Shown here piece by piece: positions 29,846 through 38,994 of a stretch of 64,000 bases of DNA. The position numbers were made by a program, and so were the translations under genes. A model generated the notes under the pieces. That model made no database searches. It saw only the letters and a list, made by a program, of their open reading frames with translations, and was not told the origin of the DNA. Position 1 is the stretch's first letter. Each line of letters opens with the position of its first letter. The DNA is from an uncultured Candidatus Woesearchaeota archaeon. GTDB taxonomy: Archaea; Nanobdellota; Nanobdellia; Woesearchaeales; GW2011-AR9. The stretch spans positions 89,719 through 153,718 of the forward strand of contig CABZYC010000001.1 of assembly GCA_902529885.1 (NCBI GenBank). The letters are read 5' to 3'.

Positions 29846-30575
29846 TTAATTCTCCTACCGCTACCACTTCTGAACTTACAACCTCACCAACCTCTTCTTT
29901 AACAAGACGTAACGTTTCAAGAGCAACACAGTATGATGGATCTACTAAAGGAACACTGTGTTCTTCATTCTTCATTACCAAAGGAATTTCTGTACAGCCC
30001 ATAACAACACACTCTGCCCCTTTCATTATCAAAGAGTCAGCAACACGGTCCATTATAGCTTTCCCAGCTAAATGTTGACCCGCCTTAACCAAATAGATTG
30101 CATCAGTCATTGCTTGTTGATCTTCTTCACAAGGGTCCACTACTTCAAACCCATATTTCTCCAACGCGGCACGATACAATCCAAACTTAGTAGTCACATT
30201 TGTACCTAATACACCCACTTTTTTAAAAGAATAATGTTGTTTAATATGCACCGATGTCACATCCATAAAATTGAGTATTGGAATAGTTATATTTGGTTGA
30301 ATCTCAGATATAAAATAATGTGCAGTGTTACAAGGCATAATAATATGGCTTACCCCACACATTTCCAATTGCTGTGCCATCTTGATCATTTCGGGAACAG
30401 GACTTTCACCGTCACCCCATATTGCATCTAGCCGGTGAGGTAACAAAGAATTATTCCATACAAGAATAGGTATATGGTCCTGGTCACACCCCGCAGGAGT
30501 CACTGAAAATAATAGTTGTGCCATTTGATTTGTAGCTTCAGGACCCATCCCACCAAGTATGCCTATTGGTTTCAT
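29838..30575 (-). CDS. PLP-independent aspartate/glutamate racemase
   Basis: IGILGGMGPEAT, DQDH, both catalytic Cys present (PCNTAH, GCTEIP). Confidence 0.93.
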   Translation of the reverse strand: MKPIGILGGMGPEATNQMAQLLFSVTPAGCDQDHIPILVWNNSLLPHRLDAIWGDGESPVPEMIKMAQQLEMCGVSHIIMPCNTAHYFISEIQPNITIPILNFMDVTSVHIKQHYSFKKVGVLGTNVTTKFGLYRAALEKYGFEVVDPCEEDQQAMTDAIYLVKAGQHLAGKAIMDRVADSLIMKGAECVVMGCTEIPLVMKNEEHSVPLVDPSYCVALETLRLVKEEVGEVVSSEVVAVGELNG

Positions 30576-30819
30576 TAAGAAATAGGTACACACACACCTA
30601 TTTAAACATAATGGATATCAACTCAATCTCGATTTAAAGAGAATTACTGGCCTTTTAGTTGGCCGAAAAGACAGAAACACATATCTTTTAACTGTTTAAA
30701 CCTCATTTTGTCCTTTAAACTAAGCAAGGCGTTAATCAAAATCAAGCAATACCTAATTGTAACCACTACCAAGATGTAATGGAAGATAGATTTAAGTAAT
30801 AAAAGAAAATCAACTATAG

Positions 30820-31404
30820 GTGGGACCATATCTACAGAGTACAGAATATACTACTGCTGCAGCAAGTTTAGTATACATATTACATGAACTAACCGGCCAA
30901 ATTCAAAATACGTGGATTGAACTTGACATTTGGAGAAGTTCAGCATTATTACCAACACGAGCATCATCAATATATGGACTTGCAAATTATTGTGCCAAGC
31001 AAGGACTTAAAGCAACGATCATTATTCAAAAAAAACAGTACAGTTTCCCAGACTACCGTTTTTTTAGATACAAAAAAACAGACATAGATATTGCAAAGGA
31101 CATGCAAGATTATTATCAAAGGCAGGCAGTCATTTTAAACATACCAATCATTAAGCAAAAAATAGATGTTGAAACCATCAAATCTTATAACAAACAAATA
31201 ATGTTGGTTAGATTAAACCCAAGGGTATGGAGAGGAACAACAACAAGCAATTTTGTTGTAGTTAAACCAATAAATGAACACTTTATCATAATGGATCCAG
31301 CAATAGGTCAATTTTGTATCACAGCAGAAACGTTACAACAAGCATTAAATGACCTACAAGATAAAAAAAAAAGAGAACCACAGTTACTTGTCTTGCAAAG
31401 CTAA
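30820..31404 (+). CDS. Peptidase C39-like (DUF3335-like) protein, catalytic residues apparently substituted
   Basis: YLQSTEYTTAAASL, ELDIWR, YGLA, SNFVVV, IMDP; TTTAAGTA 29 nt before GTG. Confidence 0.68.
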   Translation: MGPYLQSTEYTTAAASLVYILHELTGQIQNTWIELDIWRSSALLPTRASSIYGLANYCAKQGLKATIIIQKKQYSFPDYRFFRYKKTDIDIAKDMQDYYQRQAVILNIPIIKQKIDVETIKSYNKQIMLVRLNPRVWRGTTTSNFVVVKPINEHFIIMDPAIGQFCITAETLQQALNDLQDKKKREPQLLVLQS

Positions 31405-32370
31405 TACCTTCCGATAACTTTCATCAATCTGTGATTCAGGAATTAAACCTGAACGAACAGCGCTAGCCACCGTTTTTATAAAAAAATCTAAATCTGCTGG
31501 ATCTTCCGAAAAATAAGGGACCATGTCAACACCAGCAATCATGACAGACAAATAAGCTTCTTCAACTGAATCGTACCGATCCATTAAACCAAGCATGCTA
31601 ATCTCGTCACTCACAACAATGCCAGAGTAAGAATTTTTTAAGTTAGTGATTATAATAGGGCTTGCACTATTAGGTAAACCCATACTGTCAACTTGACCAG
31701 TAGAAACAAGATGGTTCACCATTACCATTGAAGGCGATGATGCACCTATTACTTCATTAAACACAAACAGATCATCTTCATGAACAATAGACGAAGCAAT
31801 TTCTAAGTGTGTATCATCAAAAAGAGTTGCACCAGGATAATGTTTAACGGCAACAAATATGCCACCGTTTTGGAAAAAGTCTACATATTGAGTACCAAAC
31901 CGAACAACTTCATCTTTTTCAAACCCCAAACTCCTACAACCCCATACACTATCACCTAAATCTAATACGGGAGCAAAATTTATCGTTGCACCAACTTGGT
32001 TCATTGCAGCCAAGTCCGATTCCATCTTTGGTAACCACTGGGATTCGTCCAAAGTATGAAGGTCAAGAGAATCATGCCAAGGAAAAGGATTACGACACCC
32101 TTCGAGATCAACACTTACTTGCACTGAAGGATCAATGGACCTGTACGAATCTATTAAGTCATGATAAGAATCAACTGAATCACGGTTAAATACATGCACT
32201 GTTTTAACCCCCATTGAAACATGTTTAACAGCATTATCAGGGTTGGCAGCAGCAATTAATAAAGCTCCAACCTTTTTTTCAAGTACATCGTATTCCGTTG
32301 TCGTCCCAACTGCAAAACTTGCTAAAATCAAGTTTAAAAAAATAAGGATTATAAGCACAAAATACTTCAT
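31384..32370 (-). CDS. Secreted glycoside hydrolase family 3 (NagZ-like beta-N-acetylhexosaminidase)
   Basis: Signal peptide, VDLEG, NFAPVLD, KHYPG...DTH, SDEISM nucleophile, AGVDM. Confidence 0.85.
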   Translation of the reverse strand: MKYFVLIILIFLNLILASFAVGTTTEYDVLEKKVGALLIAAANPDNAVKHVSMGVKTVHVFNRDSVDSYHDLIDSYRSIDPSVQVSVDLEGCRNPFPWHDSLDLHTLDESQWLPKMESDLAAMNQVGATINFAPVLDLGDSVWGCRSLGFEKDEVVRFGTQYVDFFQNGGIFVAVKHYPGATLFDDTHLEIASSIVHEDDLFVFNEVIGASSPSMVMVNHLVSTGQVDSMGLPNSASPIIITNLKNSYSGIVVSDEISMLGLMDRYDSVEEAYLSVMIAGVDMVPYFSEDPADLDFFIKTVASAVRSGLIPESQIDESYRKVLALQDK

Positions 32371-32615
32371 GAATATACACCCTCACAAAATGTTTCAATA
32401 CGCGAATTTGTTTGAGCATGTTCACAACTTTCAAAATTGCATTGAGTATAAAGAGCATAACAACAGTCGGCCAAAGATAACTCTGTACCATGGGCAGTTT
32501 GACACGAATAATCACTCGAGATATCACCGGTGACATCCATGGAAGTTAAACCAGATAAAAGGTATATTGTAGAACAAAATAAAATTGCGTTTAACAGCCA
32601 AACCTTACTAATCAT
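32367..32615 (-). CDS. Small membrane-anchored Cys-rich protein
   Basis: TM helix, VTGD motif, 6 Cys in ectodomain; ATGA overlap with GH3 gene. Confidence 0.65.
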   Translation of the reverse strand: MISKVWLLNAILFCSTIYLLSGLTSMDVTGDISSDYSCQTAHGTELSLADCCYALYTQCNFESCEHAQTNSRIETFCEGVYS

Positions 32616-32695
32616 CCATACACTTAATATGTTACTAAATATAACTATGTCGGTTGAACGTTACTTTTATATACTTATTTTGCAATATTTAACTC

Positions 32696-33886
32696 ATGAG
32701 ATACATCATAGTATTATTATTATTATCTAGCGTTGTTTTCGCAGCGCAAGATATTGAGTTTACACTCACTAAGATTAGCCAAACACCTGACCCAGTTGAG
32801 CCAGGGGACGTGGTCGAGATTAATTATAAAATTGAAAATGAAGGAGATGAAACTACAGAAGATGTAATCATTGAGATTATACCAAATTATCCTTTATCAA
32901 GTTATGACGGAGTAACAGAATATAATCTAGGAAAACTGCCTGCATCAGTAAGCGGGAGCCACACTGAAACAGTAACCTTCAAATTAAAAATTGACGAAGG
33001 CGCAGTCGGAGGAGACATTAATCTTGATACGAAAATATCTTCAGGTGAAACCACTTATACCTACGATGAAGGGGAATATGTTGTAGACGTTCGTGCTAAC
33101 GATGCAATTTTAACAATTGATTCCATTGATGTTTATCCAGACAAAGTTGAAGCTGGGGACATTGTTCAAATAGATATTAGCTTGCTTAATACAGCTGATA
33201 CAGTGATAAAAGACGTATCATACGAAGTTGATTTAAACGATGCCCCATTTGCACCATACCAAAGTTCTAGTGTTCAACAAATAGACCTAATCTCAAGTTC
33301 GAGTAATGGGCAGATTGAATATTCGTTATTGGTTGACCCACAAGCAAGTTCAGGATTATACAAAATAAATAGTACAATAACATACTATGATGATGAAGGC
33401 ACAGAATATACTATAGACGACATTTTAGCGATTAGTGTTTATGAAACACCACAACTTCGAGCTTACGTAAAACGTAATAGTATAGATAGTAACACAGGAC
33501 AAGGTGACGTTACAATAGAGATTGCAAACGCAGGTATTAGTAACCTCAAATTATTAGAACTTACGGTAAAAGATAGTGCAGATTTTACTTTACTTTCACC
33601 AACTAATTACTTCTACGTTGGCGATATTGAAAGTGATGATACAGAAAGTGAAGATGTTACTATACACACAGACGTTCGTGGATCATTCAATATACCCTTA
33701 ACCCTTAATTATAGAGACCTAAACAATATGCAGTATGAACAAGATATTAACATACCCATTACAGTATTATCAAAAAATGATCAATACCAATATGGCCTTG
33801 AGGAACGTAGTTATAAGTCAGTGATTATAACATGCATTTTACTATTAGGTATTATAGGGTTTGTATGGTATAAAAGAAAGAAATGA
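32696..33886 (+). CDS. COG1361 S-layer-domain protein associated with ABC transporter
   Basis: Signal peptide, PDPVEPG, Ig-like repeats, C-terminal TM plus KRKK; heads a MacB-type operon. Confidence 0.85.
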   Translation: MRYIIVLLLLSSVVFAAQDIEFTLTKISQTPDPVEPGDVVEINYKIENEGDETTEDVIIEIIPNYPLSSYDGVTEYNLGKLPASVSGSHTETVTFKLKIDEGAVGGDINLDTKISSGETTYTYDEGEYVVDVRANDAILTIDSIDVYPDKVEAGDIVQIDISLLNTADTVIKDVSYEVDLNDAPFAPYQSSSVQQIDLISSSSNGQIEYSLLVDPQASSGLYKINSTITYYDDEGTEYTIDDILAISVYETPQLRAYVKRNSIDSNTGQGDVTIEIANAGISNLKLLELTVKDSADFTLLSPTNYFYVGDIESDDTESEDVTIHTDVRGSFNIPLTLNYRDLNNMQYEQDINIPITVLSKNDQYQYGLEERSYKSVIITCILLLGIIGFVWYKRKK

Positions 33887-35088
33887 TCCAATATTTTAAA
33901 CTGGCAGTACAAAATAATAGTACACGTAAAACCCGTACTGCTCTCACACTGATAGGTATATTTATTGGAATTGCTGCAGTAGTAAGTTTGATTAGTTTAT
34001 CCGAAGGATTAGAAACAGCAATCACAGAACAATTCTTATCATTAGGCAGCGACAAAATTGTAATTCAAGCAGCTGGCGGTGTATTCGGTCCACCTGGATC
34101 AGGGATAGTTGAAAAACTTAGTGATGATGACCTTAAAGCAATACAGTCAGTTAATGATATCGATACTGCTTTTGGTCGACTCATACAACAAGTAAGACTT
34201 GAATTTAATGATGAAATAAAATATACTTATGTTGTATCATGGCCAGAAAAAACTAAACCCCAAGAAATCCTTATTGACACATTCAATTATGAAGCATACT
34301 ACGGCGATTTCCCTGAAAAAGATGGAGAGATTATGATCAACGAAAAATATGCTGACACATGGTTCGAAAAAGAGTTAGGGTTACGAAGCAAGATTTTAGT
34401 TGAAGGAAAAGAGTACAAAGTTACAGGCATCTTAAAAAAAACCGGTGATCCACGGGTCGATGATAGTTTGCTCATTGCAGAAGATAGTTTACGTAACGTT
34501 CTAAACATTGACGAAGATTACGACCTTATTGTTGCAACAATGGTGCCTGGCGCAATAGTGAGCACGGTACGTGACCGCCTTGAGACAGTGTTACGCAGTT
34601 CAAGAGACGTCGAGGAGGGTGAAGAAAATTTTCAAATTGAAACACCAGATAATCTTGCGAACACGCTTGGTAGTATCATTCTAATAATCCAAGGCGTACT
34701 TGTTGGTATTGCAAGTATTAGCCTTCTTATTGGAGGGATAGGCATCATGAATACTATGTATACCAGCGTTTATGAACGAACAAAAGAAATAGGGATTATG
34801 AAAGCGATTGGCGCTTCAAGAAAAAAGATTTTAACCTTATTTTTAATTGAATCAGGCATATTAGGAGTTATAGGTGCGGTGATAGGAGTTATACTTGGTT
34901 TAACATTAAGTTACTCCATAGAATTTTTAGGAAACATACAATTCTCAAGCAACCTTATTAAGGCACAATTTGACATAAAAATTATTCTCGGGATGATTCT
35001 TTTCGGTTTCTTATTAGGAAGCATTTCAGGGTTATTACCTGCTTTGCAAGCAAGCAAATTAGAACCAGTGGAGGCATTTAGAAAATGA
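33883..35088 (+). CDS. MacB/FtsX-family ABC permease
   Basis: RTALTLIGIFIGIAAV, GIMNTM..SV.ERTKEIGIMKAIGA, PA.QASKLEPVEA. Confidence 0.95.
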   Translation: MIQYFKLAVQNNSTRKTRTALTLIGIFIGIAAVVSLISLSEGLETAITEQFLSLGSDKIVIQAAGGVFGPPGSGIVEKLSDDDLKAIQSVNDIDTAFGRLIQQVRLEFNDEIKYTYVVSWPEKTKPQEILIDTFNYEAYYGDFPEKDGEIMINEKYADTWFEKELGLRSKILVEGKEYKVTGILKKTGDPRVDDSLLIAEDSLRNVLNIDEDYDLIVATMVPGAIVSTVRDRLETVLRSSRDVEEGEENFQIETPDNLANTLGSIILIIQGVLVGIASISLLIGGIGIMNTMYTSVYERTKEIGIMKAIGASRKKILTLFLIESGILGVIGAVIGVILGLTLSYSIEFLGNIQFSSNLIKAQFDIKIILGMILFGFLLGSISGLLPALQASKLEPVEAFRK

Positions 35089-36296
35089 GTTTGTTCAAAG
35101 TTGCCATTAATAATATGGTTCAACGACGGTTACGTAGTGTACTTACACTTGTTGGTATTATCATTGGCATAGCTGCAATAGTCTCAATAATAACTATCAG
35201 CCAAGGGTTAGAAAATAGTATTGAGTCACAACTTAACAGTATTGGTAGTGACATTCTTTTTATTCGAGCGAAAGGGGCAGCGTTAAGTGCTGGACTTTCA
35301 ACAGATTCAGTGCTTAATGAGAATGATCTTAAAGAAGTTGAACGAACAAACGGTGTTAAAGAAGTGTCTGCATATTCATATAATAGTGGACAAGTATCAT
35401 TTAATGGGATCACCAAATATTTTTACGCTGCAGGTATGCCCACTGAAAATGATCGTTTACCACTAGTAAAACGTGCAACAACATACACTTTACTTAAAGG
35501 AAGATGGTTTGAGCAAGGTGATACTAATAGGGTCATGCTCAATTATGATTATTCAACGACCAAACTTTTTGATAAAGCAGTAGAAATTGGCGATAAAATC
35601 ACGGTCGAAGGACAAAAGTTTACAGTGATAGGATTCTTTGACCAAATCGGTAATAGCGTAGACGATAGCCTAGTATGGTTACCATACGAAACTTACAGAG
35701 AACTTTATGGTCTTGGAGATAACCACGGGATTATACTTGCGTCTGTTACCCCTGGAGAGAATATTAATGTTGTAAGTGAACGGATAAGCAAAAACCTTTG
35801 TAAACATAGAGGGTTAGAAGAAGGAAAAGAAGATTTTGAAGTTGAAACGCCAAGCGAACTTGCAGCAGGTTTTGACACTATATTATCCATTGTCAACACA
35901 GTAGTAGTAGGCCTTGCATCAATTTCTTTGCTTGTAGGTAGCGTTGGAATTATGAATACAATGTTTACAACAGTATTACAACGGACAAGAGAAATAGGGA
36001 TTATGAAAGCGCTTGGTGCAAGACGAAAAAATATTTTGACCCTGTTCATGTTTGAGTCTGGCACTTACGGATTAGTCGGAGGAATCATAGGCGTTATAAC
36101 GGGTCTTGCATTCGCATTATTTGTTGAAGCATTCTTCGCACAATTTTTAGGTCCACGATGGTTGTTAATAGAAATAAACCCATGGTTTATATTAGGGGCA
36201 CTATTATTCTCATTTTTATTAGGGTGCATTAGTGGTTTAGTTCCAGCAATCCAAGCAGCAAAGATGGATCCAGTAGACAGTCTGAGGTACGAATGA
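35085..36296 (+). CDS. MacB/FtsX-family ABC permease (paralog)
   Basis: [40 protein letters not shown]. Confidence 0.95.
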   Translation: MSLFKVAINNMVQRRLRSVLTLVGIIIGIAAIVSIITISQGLENSIESQLNSIGSDILFIRAKGAALSAGLSTDSVLNENDLKEVERTNGVKEVSAYSYNSGQVSFNGITKYFYAAGMPTENDRLPLVKRATTYTLLKGRWFEQGDTNRVMLNYDYSTTKLFDKAVEIGDKITVEGQKFTVIGFFDQIGNSVDDSLVWLPYETYRELYGLGDNHGIILASVTPGENINVVSERISKNLCKHRGLEEGKEDFEVETPSELAAGFDTILSIVNTVVVGLASISLLVGSVGIMNTMFTTVLQRTREIGIMKALGARRKNILTLFMFESGTYGLVGGIIGVITGLAFALFVEAFFAQFLGPRWLLIEINPWFILGALLFSFLLGCISGLVPAIQAAKMDPVDSLRYE

Positions 36297-36961
36297 AACA
36301 TATAATTGAACTTAAAAATATTAAAAAGAACTATCTGATGGGTGAAGTTAACGTTAAAGTGTTAAGAGGCATTACCCTTAACATAAACAAGGGAGAGTTT
36401 GTGGTTATCATTGGACCGAGTGGTAGCGGAAAATCAACTTTGATGAACATGATTGGAATATTAGATAAACCAAGCCAAGGAAGTGTTCTTTTAAACGGAA
36501 AAAATATTGCGCATTTAGATGAAGACAAACTTGCAATACTTCGAGGTAAAACAATTGGTTTTATATTTCAACAATTTAACCTTATTAAATCTATGACTGC
36601 GCTCGAAAATGTTTTATTACCCACCCTTTTTTTAGAAGGACCAGATCGTAAAGAAAGAGCAATTAAACTTCTAACAAAAGTGGGCTTGGGCGATCGGATA
36701 CACCATAGGCCAACAGAACTTTCAGGAGGACAACAACAAAGAGTTGCTATTGCAAGATCGTTAATTAACGACCCAGAGATCATTCTTGCAGATGAGCCGA
36801 CAGGTAACCTTGACAGTGCAAGTGGGAAAGCCATAATGCAATTGTTGCACGAGCTTAACCAAAAAGAAGACAAAACTATTGTTTTGATTACACATGATGT
36901 AGACTTAATCACAAAGAATACAAAAATTGTCAAAATTAAAGATGGTAAGCTAGCCAAGTAA
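36293..36961 (+). CDS. ABC transporter ATP-binding protein (LolD/MacB-like)
   Basis: [26 protein letters not shown]. Confidence 0.97.
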   Translation: MKHIIELKNIKKNYLMGEVNVKVLRGITLNINKGEFVVIIGPSGSGKSTLMNMIGILDKPSQGSVLLNGKNIAHLDEDKLAILRGKTIGFIFQQFNLIKSMTALENVLLPTLFLEGPDRKERAIKLLTKVGLGDRIHHRPTELSGGQQQRVAIARSLINDPEIILADEPTGNLDSASGKAIMQLLHELNQKEDKTIVLITHDVDLITKNTKIVKIKDGKLAK

Positions 36962-37012
36962 ACAAATCTTTATATACATTGTTCCTCGACAACAGTTCAT
37001 TGGTGACTAGTT

Positions 37013-38455
37013 ATGGAACAGAAACCGCAAGAAAAAATTACTGAATCTTTTAAAGGCGAAGAACTTATTGAGGAATCGTCTAAAGCCACTCCTAAAGTGG
37101 AGGCAGCTTCTAAAAAAGCTGAAAGTACCGAAAAAAAAGCTCCGAAAAAAGCCGAAAGTACCGAAAAAAAAGCTCCGAAAAAAGCTGAAAGTACAGAGAA
37201 AAAGAGCGAACCAGTTCATGTTAAAAAAGAAATTAAATCAGAACAAAAACCTAAAGTTAGTGCAGTTAAACAAAATCAAGAAAGTTTGTTTGATAAAATG
37301 TCTACATGGCAAGCAGTTGCAGGTATCCTTGCAGCCTTACTATTACTAAGCGTTTTTACGTCAGGCTTTAGTGTTGCATCGTCTAGTACTGAAAGTATTA
37401 GTATGAATGAAGCAGAGTCATTAGCAATAAACTATGTTAACTCAAACTTATTACAAGCACCGTTCACTGCAGAATTAGAGTCTAGTAGTGATGAAGGTGA
37501 CTTATACAGGTTAACAATTACTGTTGCAGGACAATCAGTTGATAGTTATATAACTAAAGACGGACGAATCTTTTTCCCGCAAGGTTTTGACACAAGCGAA
37601 CTGATCGAAACTGTAGAAGCAGAACCGATCATGTTAAACATTGAAGGGCAACCAATGCTCGGCGATGAAAATGCGCCGGTGACAATCATTGAATTTTCTG
37701 ATTTTGAATGCCCGTTCTGTAAACGAGGTTATGATACAATGAAAGAGATCATTGCAGAATATGTTGACACAGGTAAAGCAAAATTAGTATTCATGGATTT
37801 CCCTTTAAGTTTCCATGAAAATGCTAAACCTGCCGCAATCGCAGCAGCATGTGCAGAAGAACAAGGAATGTTCTGGGAATTTCACGACCTACTTTTTGAA
37901 AATCAAGAAAGTTTAAACCGTGATACCTATCTTGCACACGCAGAAACGTTAAACTTAGACGTCGAATCATTCACAACATGTATTGATGAAGAACGTTACA
38001 GTGAAGATGTTGATGCAGACATGGCCATGGGTCAAAGTGCAGGAGTTACAGGAACACCCGCATTCATTATTAATGGCGAACTTTTCAGTGGAGCTTTACC
38101 TTACGACACTTTAGCTGGAGCTATTGAATCATACCTTGATAGTGGCGATAGTGAAATGAGTGAGAGTGAACCTGAATTTGCTGCTACTGGCGAAGAAGTC
38201 AGCATTGAAGTTTCTGCAAAGAAATGGTTGTTCACACCTAAAGAGCTTAGTGTTAACGAAGGAGACATTGTATCTTTAACAATTCAGCCCGACGGTTTAG
38301 AATTTGAATTTGCGATTCCCGAACTTGATGTAAGCGAACAAGTTTCAGGTGAAACAACAGTTACATTCACAGCAGACACTGCTGGAGAATACACGTTTGA
38401 ATGTGCAAGTTGTGAAGAGTGGCGTGGTATGACCGGTACTCTAACAGTCGAATGA
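37013..38455 (+). CDS. DsbA/BdbD-family thiol-disulfide oxidoreductase with C-terminal cupredoxin-like domain
   Basis: K/E-rich N-terminus, TM helix, EFSDFECPFC, GVTGTP, C-terminal FTP..L.V..GD.V...GEYTFECASC...M.GTLTVE. Confidence 0.9.
   Translation: MEQKPQEKITESFKGEELIEESSKATPKVEAASKKAESTEKKAPKKAESTEKKAPKKAESTEKKSEPVHVKKEIKSEQKPKVSAVKQNQESLFDKMSTWQAVAGILAALLLLSVFTSGFSVASSSTESISMNEAESLAINYVNSNLLQAPFTAELESSSDEGDLYRLTITVAGQSVDSYITKDGRIFFPQGFDTSELIETVEAEPIMLNIEGQPMLGDENAPVTIIEFSDFECPFCKRGYDTMKEIIAEYVDTGKAKLVFMDFPLSFHENAKPAAIAAACAEEQGMFWEFHDLLFENQESLNRDTYLAHAETLNLDVESFTTCIDEERYSEDVDADMAMGQSAGVTGTPAFIINGELFSGALPYDTLAGAIESYLDSGDSEMSESEPEFAATGEEVSIEVSAKKWLFTPKELSVNEGDIVSLTIQPDGLEFEFAIPELDVSEQVSGETTVTFTADTAGEYTFECASCEEWRGMTGTLTVE
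37112..37204 (+). repeat. 33-bp in-frame tandem repeat (about 2.8 copies, KKAESTEKKAP)
   Basis: AAAAAAGCYGAAAGTACCGAAAAAAAAGCTCCG repeated. Confidence 0.9.
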
Positions 38456-38994
38456 AACATTTAACCTGGCGGCAAACCGCCGTATTTTCTTTTCTTTTTA
38501 TAGTAAGCCTTGGATTTTTAGTGCCGTACAATATCCAGTTTGAAAGTGCTGAAGAACAAATTATTTGTCGGGCAGACACAGAATGTCTTCTTAACTGTGG
38601 AAACAGTCAACTTGCAGGGTATTGTACCAAAAATCTTTGTTCAATTACTTCTTGTAAAAGTGAAGGCACAGATATTTTACCTGCACAGAAAGTGAGCATA
38701 ATAGTGTCACAAGGTGACAATGAGTATAACCTTGCAGACTATATACCTAATGACATCTTTGTTGGGACTGAAGGTTCTTCAGTATTAATTGCAGGAGATG
38801 TACCTTTAACACACGTTCTTGAACGTGCAGGAATACAAGTGTACAATGGTTGTTTATCATCATTTTATGTTAACGGGTGTAACCTTAAAATTAGCATGGA
38901 TAATGAAGATACAAACATTAATAATCATCCTAATATCTATCTGAGCAAAAATATTAAAATTGAGGTAGACGATGGATATCCAACAAACAATTAA
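38452..38994 (+). CDS. Membrane-anchored Cys-rich hypothetical protein
   Basis: ATGA overlap with DsbA gene stop; TM helix followed by CRADTEC..C...C....C....C. Confidence 0.72.
   Translation: MKHLTWRQTAVFSFLFIVSLGFLVPYNIQFESAEEQIICRADTECLLNCGNSQLAGYCTKNLCSITSCKSEGTDILPAQKVSIIVSQGDNEYNLADYIPNDIFVGTEGSSVLIAGDVPLTHVLERAGIQVYNGCLSSFYVNGCNLKISMDNEDTNINNHPNIYLSKNIKIEVDDGYPTNN

Noticed and set aside
30644-30829. 61-aa minus-strand ORF and intergenic TTTAAAC repeats
   Set aside because: The ORF overlaps the promoter and start of the C39-like gene and has no recognisable motif; short AT-rich repeats are expected by chance.
37112-37204. 33-bp repeats as a possible CRISPR array
   Set aside because: The copies are contiguous with no spacers, in frame inside the DsbA gene, and no cas genes are present.
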